Below, piece by piece: positions 1 to 11,432 of a stretch of DNA of 64,000 nt. The stretch is from Octopus sinensis (Eukaryota), in the NCBI RefSeq assembly GCF_006345805.1, contig NC_043008.1, forward strand, positions 20,150,001 through 20,214,000. The letters run 5' to 3'. The position numbers and the translations under genes were made by a program. The notes below the pieces were generated by a model that searched no databases, was not told the DNA's origin, and saw nothing but the letters and a program-made list of their open reading frames with translations. How positions within the stretch are numbered: the first letter of the stretch is position 1; each line of letters starts with the position of its first letter.

Positions 1-135
1 TATATATAGTTATATATATATACAAAGAGCAATAAAGATTCAAGTTAATTTAAAAAATTTACTTGAATATGGTACCTAACTTAGATGCACCAAAAAAAAC
101 TATACTGATTTAACAATACAGTAATGTGGGGTGAT

Positions 136-605
136 TATAAGCGAGAAAGAAGCAACAAGAATGGATAGGTTTTTAGTACGATCGTTTCATACAAGGACAG
201 GTTTTATTAAAAGTTGCAAAGATTACAGCATATAAACGAGTCCTGTACTCATCAGCTAAAATACATGTAAGTTCTCTAGACATCCTAGTGTTTGAGGCTA
301 TACTCATGAAGTAATGTAGATAATTAAACAGATTTCTAAAGTTCATTAAAGTTCTTTAAGATGATGTATAGTCTTATCACAGAATTTTAAAAGTTTTGAT
401 AGCATCACAGAGAAGGTGACCTAATCCATATGAATTTCCATAGATATGATGAGGGATTATATACTCACAGAAGACAAATTTATCCATTGTTATTAGCATT
501 ACAGAGAGGGTGAATTAATCCTTTGTATATATGCACATATTCCAATGGTGTAGATGTAATTTCCAGAGAAATGGAGATGAATTTCATATTCACAGGCGAT
601 AAATT
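136..605 (-). repeat. 3' pseudo-LTR segment (sense to the PLE ORF); inverted repeat of 3799-4270
   Basis: Direct comparison with the reverse complement of 3799-4270; identity ends at ...GGCGATAAATT. Confidence 0.95.
171..261 (-). ncRNA. Type I hammerhead ribozyme in PLE pseudo-LTR
   Basis: TTTTAG-CTGATGA-GTACAGGAC..(long loop)..GTCCTTGTAT-GAAAC-GATC-GTA|CTAAAA. Stem I TTTTAG/CTAAAA, palindromic stem III ACGATCGT, GUA cleavage triplet. Confidence 0.9.
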
Positions 606-1633
606 TTACAATGGTTGAACACAATGAGGTAGGTACCAATCCTTGTTATATGATTAGGTGTTTGCCATATTAATCACATTACTGCTATTCACAAGAGGCT
701 GTAGCTATTTAACTCTTAAAGGCTGAAGGGCTTACTAGATCGGCCAAGAATAGAGAAGGGAATAGAAGAAAAGAGAGAAAATAATGAAGGAGGGAGCAAA
801 AAGGGGGGGGGACTAAAAGAGAAGAGAAAAGGAAACAGAGAATAAGAAGAAGAAGAAAGAAAGAGAAAAGAGAAAGAAAGGGAAAGAAGGGAAAAAAGAG
901 AAAAAGAAAAAAGAGGGTTCTAGTTATACAGAAGAGCTAGTAGACTGTAAGTCTGGTTTTAATCAACAGGCATCTAGGAACTAGAGGGGAATATTATTCT
1001 TTGACCAGTAACCGTTAATTTATTGCTGTTGAAATCAGCTATGAGTTTAAAGAGAATCTAAAGAGATAACACAGTCAGGGGTTAAGGGGTCAGATGCTAA
1101 AATCACCAGAAAATACATTAGGAAAATCTAAGTATAATCTTATCAAAAAGTCATTAAAAATTTACTTATTTAATTTATTCATTTTATTGTCTTAAGGAGT
1201 TGTCGTTATTATTCATACATTGACTGACTACAGGTCAAATCTTATAAGATCATTTACAAGGTGTTAGGGGATTGTCTATCATAATGAAGATAATCATATT
1301 ATCACCGAGGGAATAGCCTTATTTATTTAATTATGAAATAGAATTATGGGGCTACAGTAACTAATTATAATTTATTAGAGTTATGCTATTAAATTAGATT
1401 AAGTTAGGAATTAAAATTAAATATTACAATTAAGATTTAAAATTAAGAATTTAAAAATTGTGAGTTTGAAATTAAATAAAGCCTCATTAAGTAGCGATAA
1501 GTACTATTCATTTCCTGTTCTCAAAAACTGATGCAGATATAAGGAAAAGATAAAGATAACTGTAATGTGAGAACTCTTAGTTATCTACTTAAAGCAGTGC
1601 TATACTAGTAGAAATCAAGTTATATCTATCTAT

Positions 1634-3798
1634 CTAGTTATGAATATTCCAATCATTAAAATATTTTAAAGTCTTCAATTTAGCGTGGACACAAACTTGA
1701 CCTAGTTCGATATGGTTATTCAATAAGTTTCTATGTTTACTATGCTTTAGAATTTCGTACGTCTCCATGGAGCATAGTTGACAACCAACCCTACTATTTT
1801 TATACGGAATTGCTCTCCTAACTATTTCCCAATTAAGGGTATAATTTTTGTTATTATTTTTGAGTTCCCAGATTTTGTTTGAAAGTGTGGTGGTACCAGC
1901 TTTATGACGTAATTTAAAAGTCGAGATGTGATTTCTAACTCTGGCTAAAAAATTAATTGTACAGCCAATGTAAAAATATTGTTATTCTCCGTGGATATGG
2001 TACATTTATAGATTACATTATTTTCCCTACATAGACCAGGTGCCGGGCATTTTGATTTTATTCTACACTTACACACAGGAGGAACAACTTCAGGCCTTGG
2101 ATTATTCCTGGGTAGATGTTTAAGGTTCCTATTATTTTGATTATCATTTCTATAGTTGGTACTGATATCTAAAGTATTGTTATTATTTATTGATCCTTCC
2201 GTTCATCATTTAGGTGTAAAGTCCTACCAAGATTTCTTATATTATTCGTAATGTTATTATTATTGTTAGTCTTTTTATCCAACTGTATATTATTGTTATA
2301 GATATCACTGATATTTTCATTCTCCTTATTTTCTCCATTAGCCTTATTTCTATTATTTCTATTATTAACAATATTACTTCTATTAATATCGGCATTGTTA
2401 TTATTATATTAATGTTAATGTTATTAGTCATTCTGTGGTTACTAATTTCACTATGTTTTGATAGTTCCTATTGCTGTTTTTATTGTTGGTAGTATTATTG
2501 TTATTGCTATTGGTATTCATTCTGATATTATTATTTTTATTTCTATCTTTCCTGGCTAGTTTAATGTTGTTATTATAATTTTAGCTATTAAAGTGGACAT
2601 ATTTGGGAGGGTTGAATAAGAAATCCTAACTGTTTTCCTAGAAATAATTCTATGATATCTATGAGAGATAGGGAAATTTTTTTCCAGAATCACTTTGAAT
2701 TTGTTCTGTATATCCGATTGTATCGCACAGTTGAAAGGAATATTCAGCCATAATATCTTTTTTATAAAATTTAGGGTTCGTAGAATTACTACTATTCATC
2801 TCACCGGAGTTATTGTATTTATTACCATTATTTTTATTTTTATTTGTGTGCATCTTAGGTTTATCTACTTCAATCTTATCCGAGTTACCTATGTTCTGGT
2901 CAATGCTTCTATTTGAATTGTTGGGCCTGTACTCTAGATTAGCGTTTACCGTTAATTTAATTCTACTTTTATTTCGGGCTTGGTCTTTTTTGCTGCTTAC
3001 TTGATTACTGATAACTTCATTATTAGGAATACGTGAGTTCTCCCTATCAACGAATGTAATCTTTTGGTTGTATCCAGCCTTAGTTAACGCCGCATTATAA
3101 TGCTCAGAATGGGAGTTAAATATATCCTTATTGGATGATAATTTTGAAATTCTTAATGAAATATTTCTTACTAAAGATTCTATTATTTTGGGGGATGATT
3201 TGATAATTTATTTACGTAATTCGTGACTTCGCCTTCCTTTCTAAATGGGTAATGTAGCTTGGAGTTAAGGTCTAGGGTAATATCTAGGAAATTAGCTATT
3301 TTAGTGCCCGGTTCATACGTTATACTGAGGTTGAAATCCTTAAAGAACTTATTAATTTTCTTTCTAATCCTTTCTATAACAGATTTATTATTACTAGGGA
3401 TAACAAACAGAGCATCATCTCTATATAGACCCCCCTGTATTTCTGGGATATCCTTGCTTATGCATTTTAATAGATATGCGCCTACTAGGTTGGTTACCTC
3501 AGCCGAATCACTGGAACCCATTGGTATATCAAAAAAATTTGGTGTATCTGCTCTAGTCCATAATTTATCTTCAAATTCAATAAATGTCTTCCTAGCTAGT
3601 AGCACAATATTGATTTCTTCTCTAGTTATGAGGGAGCGATTCATGGCAAATATTAGTGATTTGTTGAGTAAGATAGGGGAAATGCTAGAGTAATAACTAT
3701 TAATATCGAACTGAATAAAGGACAGACTACTAGTATTAGTTAGAGAGTTAAACCATTTTAGAACTTCGTCGGTACTTAGCCATAGGTTTATGGCTGTG
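1634..3798 (-). pseudogene. PLE polyprotein (RT + thumb + GIY-YIG endonuclease), 5'-truncated, several 1-nt frameshifts
   Basis: RT motifs FDINSYYSSI, GSSDSAEVTNL, GGLYRDD, FLDITLDL, YVNKLSNHPP. After a frameshift near 3188: IIESLVRNISLRISKLSSNKDIFN..HYNAALTKAGY, then EKNFPISHRYHRIISRKTVRISYSTLPNM. Endonuclease: CKCRIKSKCPAPGLCRENNVIYKC..YIG..RVRNH..LSNKIWELK..WEIV..CQLC..E..LLN..CVH, stop TAG at 1634-1636. Confidence 0.92.
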
Positions 3799-4270
3799 AA
3801 TTTATCGCCTGTGAATATGAAATTCATCTCCATTTCTCTGGAAATTTACATCTACACCATTGGAATATGTGCATATATACAAAGGATTAATTCACCCTCT
3901 CTGTAATGCTAATAACAATGGATAAATTTGTCTTCTGTGAGTATATAATCCCTCATCATATCTATGGAAATTCATATGGATTAGGTCACCTTCTCTGTGA
4001 TGCTATCAAAACTTTTAAAATTCTGTGATAAGACTATACATCATCTTTAAAGAACTTTAATGAACTTTAGAAATCTGTTTAATTATCTACATTACTTCAT
4101 GAGTATAGCCTCAAACACTAGGATGTCTAGAGAACTTACATGTATTTTAGCTGATGAGTACGGGACTCGTTTATATGCTGTAATCTTTGCAACTTTTAAT
4201 AAAACCTGTCCTTGTATGAAACGATCGTACTAAAAACCTATCCATTCTTGTTGCTTCTTTCTCGGTTATA
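3799..4270 (+). repeat. Inverted 5' pseudo-LTR of the PLE
   Basis: Reverse complement of 136-605; abuts the truncated RT at 3798/3799. Confidence 0.95.
4145..4235 (+). ncRNA. Type I hammerhead ribozyme in inverted pseudo-LTR
   Basis: Same fold as 171-261. CTGATGA 4151-4157, GAAAC 4218-4222, GTA 4227-4229. Confidence 0.9.
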
Positions 4271-4771
4271 TTATATATATATATATATATAGTTATATAT
4301 ATATATGTAGTTATATATATATATATATATTATAATATATAGTTATATATATATATATATATATAGTTATATATATTACGTATAAAGAATTACAGGGTAA
4401 ATGTTTTTTTTTAATTTTCTCCTGGTTTACGGAATTAATGTTGTTTTGCGGTTGAAGCCTTGGCTGTTATTTCTAGTGGGTGAATGGCCTATTATGGCCG
4501 TTCCTTGATTTTGCTGTTGAATTTATAAATGGTCTATGACTATTTAATTTTTTCCCACTAGGCCGCTGGTGGCAAAAAATTCTGCGAAATTTTTTGCCAC
4601 CCTATATTGATTAATTATGAATTTTCTGGTTAATTCCGTAATGGAATCGGCGGCTTATATTTGCTGCCGATAAATTTGGCGCGAGTGCGATGATTTGAAA
4701 ATTTTAGGTCAGATATTGCTGAGACAGTGGTGGAAGTGCCTCGTGTAAATATCTGCTCCGATCTGGCCGTT

Positions 4772-4872
4772 CTTTACTGATGAATCTATCGGCCTATGGA
4801 AGACTAGCTTGATTTAATTTAATCAGGTTAGTTTACCATTAAACAATAGACGAAACGGTGCATCGTATAAAG
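4772..4872 (+). ncRNA. Type I hammerhead ribozyme, array unit 1
   Basis: CTTTA-CTGATGA-ATCTAT..ATAGAC-GAAAC-GGTGCATC-GTA|TAAAG. Stem I CTTTA/TAAAG, stem II TCTAT/ATAGA, near-palindromic stem III. Confidence 0.85.
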
Positions 4873-5253
4873 AATTACAGGTTAAATGTTTTTTTTTAAT
4901 TTTCTCCTGGTTACGGAATTAATGTTGTTTTGCGGTTGATTGAAGCCTTGGCGGTTATTTCTAGTGGGTGAATGGCCTATTATGGCCGTTCCTTGATTTT
5001 GCTGTTGAATTTATAATGGTCTATGACTATTTAATTTTTTCCCACTAGGCCGCTGGTGGCAAAAAATTCTGCGAAATTTTTGCACCCTATATTGATTAAT
5101 TATGAATTTTCTGGTTAATTCCGTAATGGAATCGGCGGCTTATATTTGCTGCCGATAAATTTGCGCGAGTGCGATGATTTGAAAATTTTAGGTCAGATAT
5201 TGCTGGACAGTGGTGGAAGTGCCTCGTGTAAATATCTGCTCCGATCTGGCGTT

Positions 5254-5354
5254 CTTTACTGATGAATCTATCGGCCTATGGAAGACTAGCTTGATTTAAT
5301 TTAATCAGGTTAGTTTACCATTAAACAATAGACGAAACGGTGCATCGTATAAAG
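5254..5354 (+). ncRNA. Type I hammerhead ribozyme, array unit 2
   Basis: Same motif as 4772-4872. Confidence 0.85.
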
Positions 5355-5481
5355 AATTACAGGTTAAATGTTTTTTTTAATTTTCTCCTGGTTTACGGAA
5401 TTAATGTTGTTTTGCAGTTGAAGCCTTGGCTGTTATTCTAGTGGGTGAATGGCCTATTATGGCCGTTCCTTGATTTTGCTG

Positions 5482-5483
<2 letters not shown>

Positions 5484-5529
<46 letters not shown>

Positions 5530-5539
5530 TATATATAGT

Positions 5540-5581
<42 letters not shown>

Positions 5582-5940
5582 CATATATATAGTTATATAT
5601 ATATATAGTTATATATATATTTATATATATATATATAGTTATATATATATTTATATATATATAGTTATATATATATTTATATATATATATATATAGTTAT
5701 ATATATATTTATATATATATAGTTATATATATATTTATATATTTATATATAGTAATATATATATTTTATATTTATATATAATTATATATATATTTATATA
5801 TTATATATAGTTATATATATATTTATATATTATATATATTTATATATATATTTATATATAGTTATATATATATTTTATATAGTTATATATATTTATATAT
5901 ATAGTTATATATATTTATATATTTATATATTTATACATAG

Positions 5941-5990
<50 letters not shown>

Positions 5991-6001
5991 TTATACATAG
6001 T

Positions 6002-6064
<63 letters not shown>

Positions 6065-6115
6065 CACATATATATATATATGTATATACACACACATATA
6101 TATACACACACACAG

Positions 6116-6170
<55 letters not shown>
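5484..6170. repeat. (TA)n microsatellite with periodic TATAGT/TATTTA interruptions
   Basis: Direct reading. Confidence 0.95.
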
Positions 6171-6178
<8 letters not shown>

Positions 6179-6463
6179 GAGAGTGTTCGCAAGCGCAGTG
6201 ATAGAAAGTTAGATAGCTGTTGACTTAAAAGTTTGTTAAAAATAAGGGAAAAAAAGACTGCGAAATATCGAAAGATATTTTTTGAAAGCTGAAATAATAC
6301 ACTCCACAAAAAGTGCAATAACACCTTTTTCGCGCACTTATTTCATTAGTTCCATATTGAAAGACATGAAATGGCACTTCCATACAAAAAGTAATTCCCT
6401 ACCACATTATTGAAACATCCTCAATTTTAGATATAGGATATATTTTAAATATTTACATATCAT

Positions 6464-6599
6464 AGGTGTAGGAGTGGCTGTGTGGTTCCGGTTCAGTCCC
6501 ACTGCGTGGCACCTTGGGCACATGTCTTCCACTATAGCCTCGGGCCGACCAAATTCTCGTGAGTGGATTAGGTAGGCGGGATCTGAAAGAAGCCAGTCG

Positions 6600-6634
<35 letters not shown>

Positions 6635-6890
6635 GTGTGTGTGTGTATATATGTATATGTATGTATGTGTGTGTATATGTTTGTGTGTCTGTGTTTGTCC
6701 CCCCAGCATCCCTTGACAACCGATGCTGGTGAGCTTCTGTCCCCGTAACTAAGAGGTTCGACAAAAGAGACTGATAGAATAAGTACTAGGCGGCCTACAA
6801 AGAATAAATCCTAAGATCGATTTGCTCGACTAAAAGGTGGTGCCCCAGCATGGTCACAGCCAAATGATTGGAACAAGTAAAAGAGTAAAA
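6464..6890 (+). mobile_element. tRNA-derived SINE, family A (internal (TA)n/(TG)n)
   Basis: Head GGAGTGGCTGTGTGG..GGTTCAGTCCCACTGCGTGGCACCTTGGG; tail CGACTAAA..CCAGCATGG..AACAAGTAAAAGAG. Many copies in this window. Confidence 0.85.
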
Positions 6891-8888
6891 CAGTATATCG
6901 GTGCTGTTATGCAAAAGCCTCGAAAGTCCCAAACGTAGTTTTTTCAGAAAACCAAAAGATAGTTTCATTTTTTTTTTTGCATTAGCAACAGTTTCACCTC
7001 CACAATAATTCTTTGATGGGTGCATAAAATCGTAACTCAATGCGTGTATGATATTTTCATTCCGAAATATCGTTTTGAAAACTGTCGTATGTGAGACTGA
7101 CTACACTTTTGATAAATACTAAACTGTTGTATTACACTGACAATTTTCATATCTTGACATCTGAAACAGCTGGAGATACGATAGTTTGACCAAAAGAACC
7201 GGTTGTTGAAAGCAAATTTTAATAATGAAAAAACAATGCATTTAACCAAATTTGGACATATGGCAGTTTAATATAATAGCAACGATATGTGTATATTTCG
7301 TTTTCATACTTATATGTATGTTGATATATAATATTGTTTCATATATTTCACCATATTAAAAATTCATGCACCGCCAATCTCATATATTTGAAACATTGCC
7401 GCCATTTTTATTCAGTAGTACATGTCTCCTTTTATACACCAGCCAACGACCTCAGCTACGACATTCTAAAATCGTTTATGCATGAACGATATATGCAAAA
7501 TCTGTGTTCCGTTTATTCCTAAGCGTTTGAACCTTAGAAATAAGAGCCTCGGTAAAATAATTTACAAATTTTCCGCTGTCATTAAAATATGCCACTCTAT
7601 TTTAATCATCCAGTTTTCTAATTTTCTTCCTTCTGTTCGTGCTTAACTTTTCACAGCCATGTATTTCGTCATAACAAAGTAGAACACTCCATATTTTCAA
7701 ACAAATTAAATATACCAATTTATCAATAAAAGTTATTTGTTTAATTTTTCTGTGAATCTGTCTTTCTGGCAATCATTTCTTTTTATTTTGCCAAAAATTA
7801 ACGATTTTATTCTATGAGAAAACACTACAATACTTCATCTTCGGTAATTCTGCAGATTTTTATAAGAGGATTAAGAATAGTAACCATACTAGCAATGATA
7901 AAGGTTTCCGAAGGCCGTAAACTTTCGGATTACGTACTAAGAAATGCTCTGCCTCACGTTGTTTATTGGAACAAATTTAAATGCATACAGAAATATATGT
8001 ACGTTATGTACCCACCAACGCTCTTACACACTCTCTATTTTTTTCGGTCACACACGTGTACTTGAAAAAGTGCTGCCATCCTCGCGCACTTTTATTCTGC
8101 CTCCTGTGGAGACAGTCGTGTATTTTGGCTTAAAGTAAAATCGTAAAATGGCACAACTGATAGGAAGACATTTCGATAATAATTATTTATTTATATACAT
8201 AGAATGTATCACCCGAAAGTTTGTCGTTTCAAACCATAAAAAATTTTCTGAGTACCGCTGAATACTTTTTTTTTTAATGTAGAGTGTTTTCGGCGTAAAC
8301 CTTCACACGATTATATCAACCTTAAAGTGCATTGGATTTTTTGCACGCCTAAAAATATTAAGAAGCGAATATTTTTATAGATATTAATATTGTTAATATT
8401 ATCGAAGGCAATATATATAGTTTACAATAACAACAATGTTAATATAGTTTGTTGCATCATATATATAATATATATATATATTATATATATATATATATAT
8501 CTGTGGGGGGGGGGTTCACGCGCGCCTGTATAAGTATACTGATCCATACAAGATGCGCTCCTAAATGAGTCATTTCTTACACAGTGGGAAATGGACTTCA
8601 ACAATAGAACGGTTTTGTATTTTATATATATATATAATCGGATTAATCGGCGTGCATTCAAAGCAATGAATGGTTGTATTCAAAGCAATGATTAGTAACT
8701 TACGAAACCGGTATGCTTGAATCTCTTTTCACATAATGACTTGAATTGAATATATCTTTCGTTACTTTTCATAAAAAACATTTACGTTTTTTGATTTACA
8801 ATGTGCATTTTCGTTTATTTTCCTTACTTTCCCATTACATTATCACGTGCAGTTTCTATTTTCTTTTTGTAACATATTTCTATTATTC

Positions 8889-9104
8889 TGGCAGAAACGT
8901 TAGCACGCTGGGTGAAATGCGTAACCGTATTTCGTCTGTCGTTACGTTCCTAGTTCAAATTCCGCCGAGGTCGACTTTGCCTTTCATCCTTTCGGTGTCA
9001 ATAAATTAAGTACCAGTTACGCACTGGGGTCGATGTAATCGACTTAATCCGTTTGTCTCTCCTTGTTTGTCCCCTCTGCGTTTAGCCCCTTGTGGGTAGT
9101 AAAG

Positions 9105-9108
<4 letters not shown>
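8889..9108 (+). mobile_element. tRNA-derived SINE, family B
   Basis: GGCAGAAACGTTAGCACGC..GTTCAAATTCCGCCGAGGTCGACTTTGCCTTTCATCC..AAGTACCAG; repeated more than 15 times in the window. Confidence 0.85.
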
Positions 9109-9137
<29 letters not shown>

Positions 9138-9142
<5 letters not shown>

Positions 9143-9267
9143 TATATAGAAGGAGCTTCTACAGGACAAGAACTGTTTCATTCAAGAGAAATCTTCAGGA
9201 AGCTTCCTGAAGATTTCTCTTGAATGAAACAGTTCTAGTCCTGTAGAAGCTCCTTCTATATAATAAA
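9138..9267. repeat. 130-bp near-perfect palindrome (centre AAGCTT, 9200-9205) containing an HHR on each strand
   Basis: Arms are complementary except for one mismatch (GACAAG vs CTAGTC). Confidence 0.95.
9201..9251 (+). ncRNA. Type I hammerhead ribozyme (mirror copy on - strand at 9154-9204)
   Basis: AGCTTC-CTGAAGA-TTTC-TCTT-GAAT-GAAACAG-TTCTAGTC-CTGT-A|GAAGCT. 6-bp stem I, 4-bp stem III, GUA triplet. Confidence 0.85.
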
Positions 9268-9337
9268 TTAATTTTACTCTGCTATGTATTGAGTACCTTA
9301 TTTACTGTGGTTAACCCCGAATCAACCCGGGACCTAC

Positions 9338-9377
<40 letters not shown>

Positions 9378-11139
9378 ATGTATCTATGTATTTCTGTTTG
9401 ATTGTATTTTCCCCTACAAATAAATTACAAATCTCGCTGCCCTTTTCTATCATGAGTGATGTTACCAGGTGACTACTATAATTACATTTACTTGGTTGCA
9501 AACTATTTGTTAGATACAACATCCAGTCATTTATAGTGAAAAGGCTTCATCTTATAGTGAGCGCCTTGTTTTCAATCTGTACATTGTGGTTTTTGGTTTT
9601 ATATTTCACGCTTCCTACGCATAATGTAAGCAGTGTTTGTCCTTTCTTGGAACTATTATACAAGCCCATCGGATCCATTGCGTTTTTTTAAACGTAGGCA
9701 TTGTATAAAAAAAGCGAAAGGGAAATTTCTCATTTGTGTTTTTATTAAGAATATTTCTTACAATGGTTTCTTGATTGGTAGTCATACATCGAAAAATAAA
9801 CCTATCCTTTATCGATTTAAATTCCAGCGCAGCAGGCATGAAATATAACGTATTTAGAGAAATAGAGTTATAAAATGATGATATAAAATGTTTCAGATTC
9901 ATACAGTACTACTTTGAAATGTTGGCCTCGGGTTGCAGGTCATTCTGCGATGATCTTTGGAATATTAAATACTGGAGTCAGAATACAATAGACAGGAAAT
10001 TCTTGCCAGTGACATACATGCAACAGTAATGCGAATGTAACATATCTATAGTTTCATAATGACTATTATTCAGCGATGTCAAATATATTGTGTATATTTT
10101 TGAAAAGTTCTTGGCTGCTGATTTCTTAAATTTGTAATATTAATGCCAATGATTTTTTACCCTTTTACAAGTGAAAAAACTGGGAATGGTTTCACTTAGC
10201 ATGACTGGTCCTTTAATTTCCTCCCTATTTGAAATACTGTGTGGAGTTAAAGAATACAAAGGACTTGCTATATCTTCCGTCATTACGTTTAGATAGTCTC
10301 TCTTTCACACCCTGTCTTCTTACGCTATGCAAATGGTAGTAAATATTTCTAAAATCTTTATTACCCTGATATTATTAATTATAGATATAAATATATATTA
10401 AAAATATATTAAAACTATACAAAAATATAGTCACACCTACTGTTAAAAACGATATTAAAAGTCGAAATTAAAATATAACATATTGTACATCCAAAAGTTT
10501 TCTAACTTAAAATCTAGTTATATAAAAATAAATCCACTTATATCCGACAGCTGTTTCTGGGGCATAATGGTACAAAAATGAACTTCAGTTCACTCAATAC
10601 CATCGCCTCCATCATCAAGTATGATTCAATTTGTACGATTACATTTATTATGAGTTATTTATTCTTAATTACCCGGGTGCTATGAAGAGGTACATTACAA
10701 GGACAGACAAATAAGTCAGAATAAAAAACGAATGGAAAAGATGGTTATAAATAATGAACAATGGAACGAAGGCTTCTCAACGCCAAAATCTGTCCTCATT
10801 TAGACTTTTTAAACCGTTTACAAAACAATTAATTCATTAGATTATTATGAGTTAATTATTTCCGAAATATAGTTTACGGAAGCCCACAGTTGGTGGCAAC
10901 TTAATTGCGTCGATTTCCGTATTCAAGCCCGTAATCATTGTGCTGTACTTTCCTATCAGTCTACTCCGTTGTTAATCGCTCACCAGATTTTGATAACTTA
11001 TCCTTCGTTTCGCTTTAGTATTCCTCTATTTTTCTGTAGCTTAGTTACACTGAGCTCTTCGATGTGACCAACATATAGAGATATTTTTATCTCTAAAATA
11101 TACTATATGTGTGTGTTGTGTATAGAGGTAGATAGATAA

Positions 11140-11191
11140 GTAGATAGATAGATAGGCAGGCAGACAGACAGGCAGACAGATAGATAGATAT

Positions 11192-11257
<66 letters not shown>

Positions 11258-11345
11258 GATAGATAGATAGATGGAGAGACAGATAGATAGATGGAGAGAC
11301 AGATGGATAGATGGAGAGAGAGATAGAGAGATGGATAGAGAGATG

Positions 11346-11429
<84 letters not shown>

Positions 11430-11432
11430 TAC
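11140..11432. repeat. (GATA)n microsatellite
   Basis: Direct reading. Confidence 0.95.

Larger units (their letters stand above)
21..4270 (-). mobile_element. Penelope-like retroelement (Naiad/Neptune-like), 5'-truncated, with inverted 5' pseudo-LTR; flanked by (TA)n
   Basis: RT and GIY-YIG coding remnants on the minus strand (1634-3798). 136-605 is a near-identical inverted copy of 3799-4270 (only a few substitutions/1-nt indels). An HHR lies in each copy. (TA)n tracts at both ends. Confidence 0.93.
4379..5483 (+). mobile_element. Non-coding tandem array (~2.3 x ~482 bp) with one HHR per unit; retrozyme-like / non-autonomous PLE derivative
   Basis: Unit start TAAAGAATTACAGG recurs at 4383, 4868 and 5350. 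No ORF. (TA)n on both sides. Confidence 0.85.

Noticed and set aside
2420-2440. TGA in the PLE linker as selenocysteine
   Set aside because: It lies in a low-complexity linker next to likely indels, not at a conserved Cys, and an alternative frame is open there.
3259-3693. 144-aa + strand ORF
   Set aside because: Antisense shadow of the RT frame; no motifs.
3799-3833. ATG start (MEMNFIFTGDK) of the 216-aa RT ORF
   Set aside because: These codons come from the antisense strand of the inverted pLTR. True RT homology starts at the junction (~3798), so this is not the native start.
4564-4572. CGCTGGTGG shared by the 482-bp and 555-bp units (also 30666-30674)
   Set aside because: One shared 9-mer is about what chance predicts between two ~500-bp sequences; no flanking alignment.
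4379-5483. Tandem arrays (also 30-31.7 kb and 35.5-36.3 kb) as CRISPR-like
   Set aside because: Whole units repeat without unique spacers; eukaryotic context and no cas genes.
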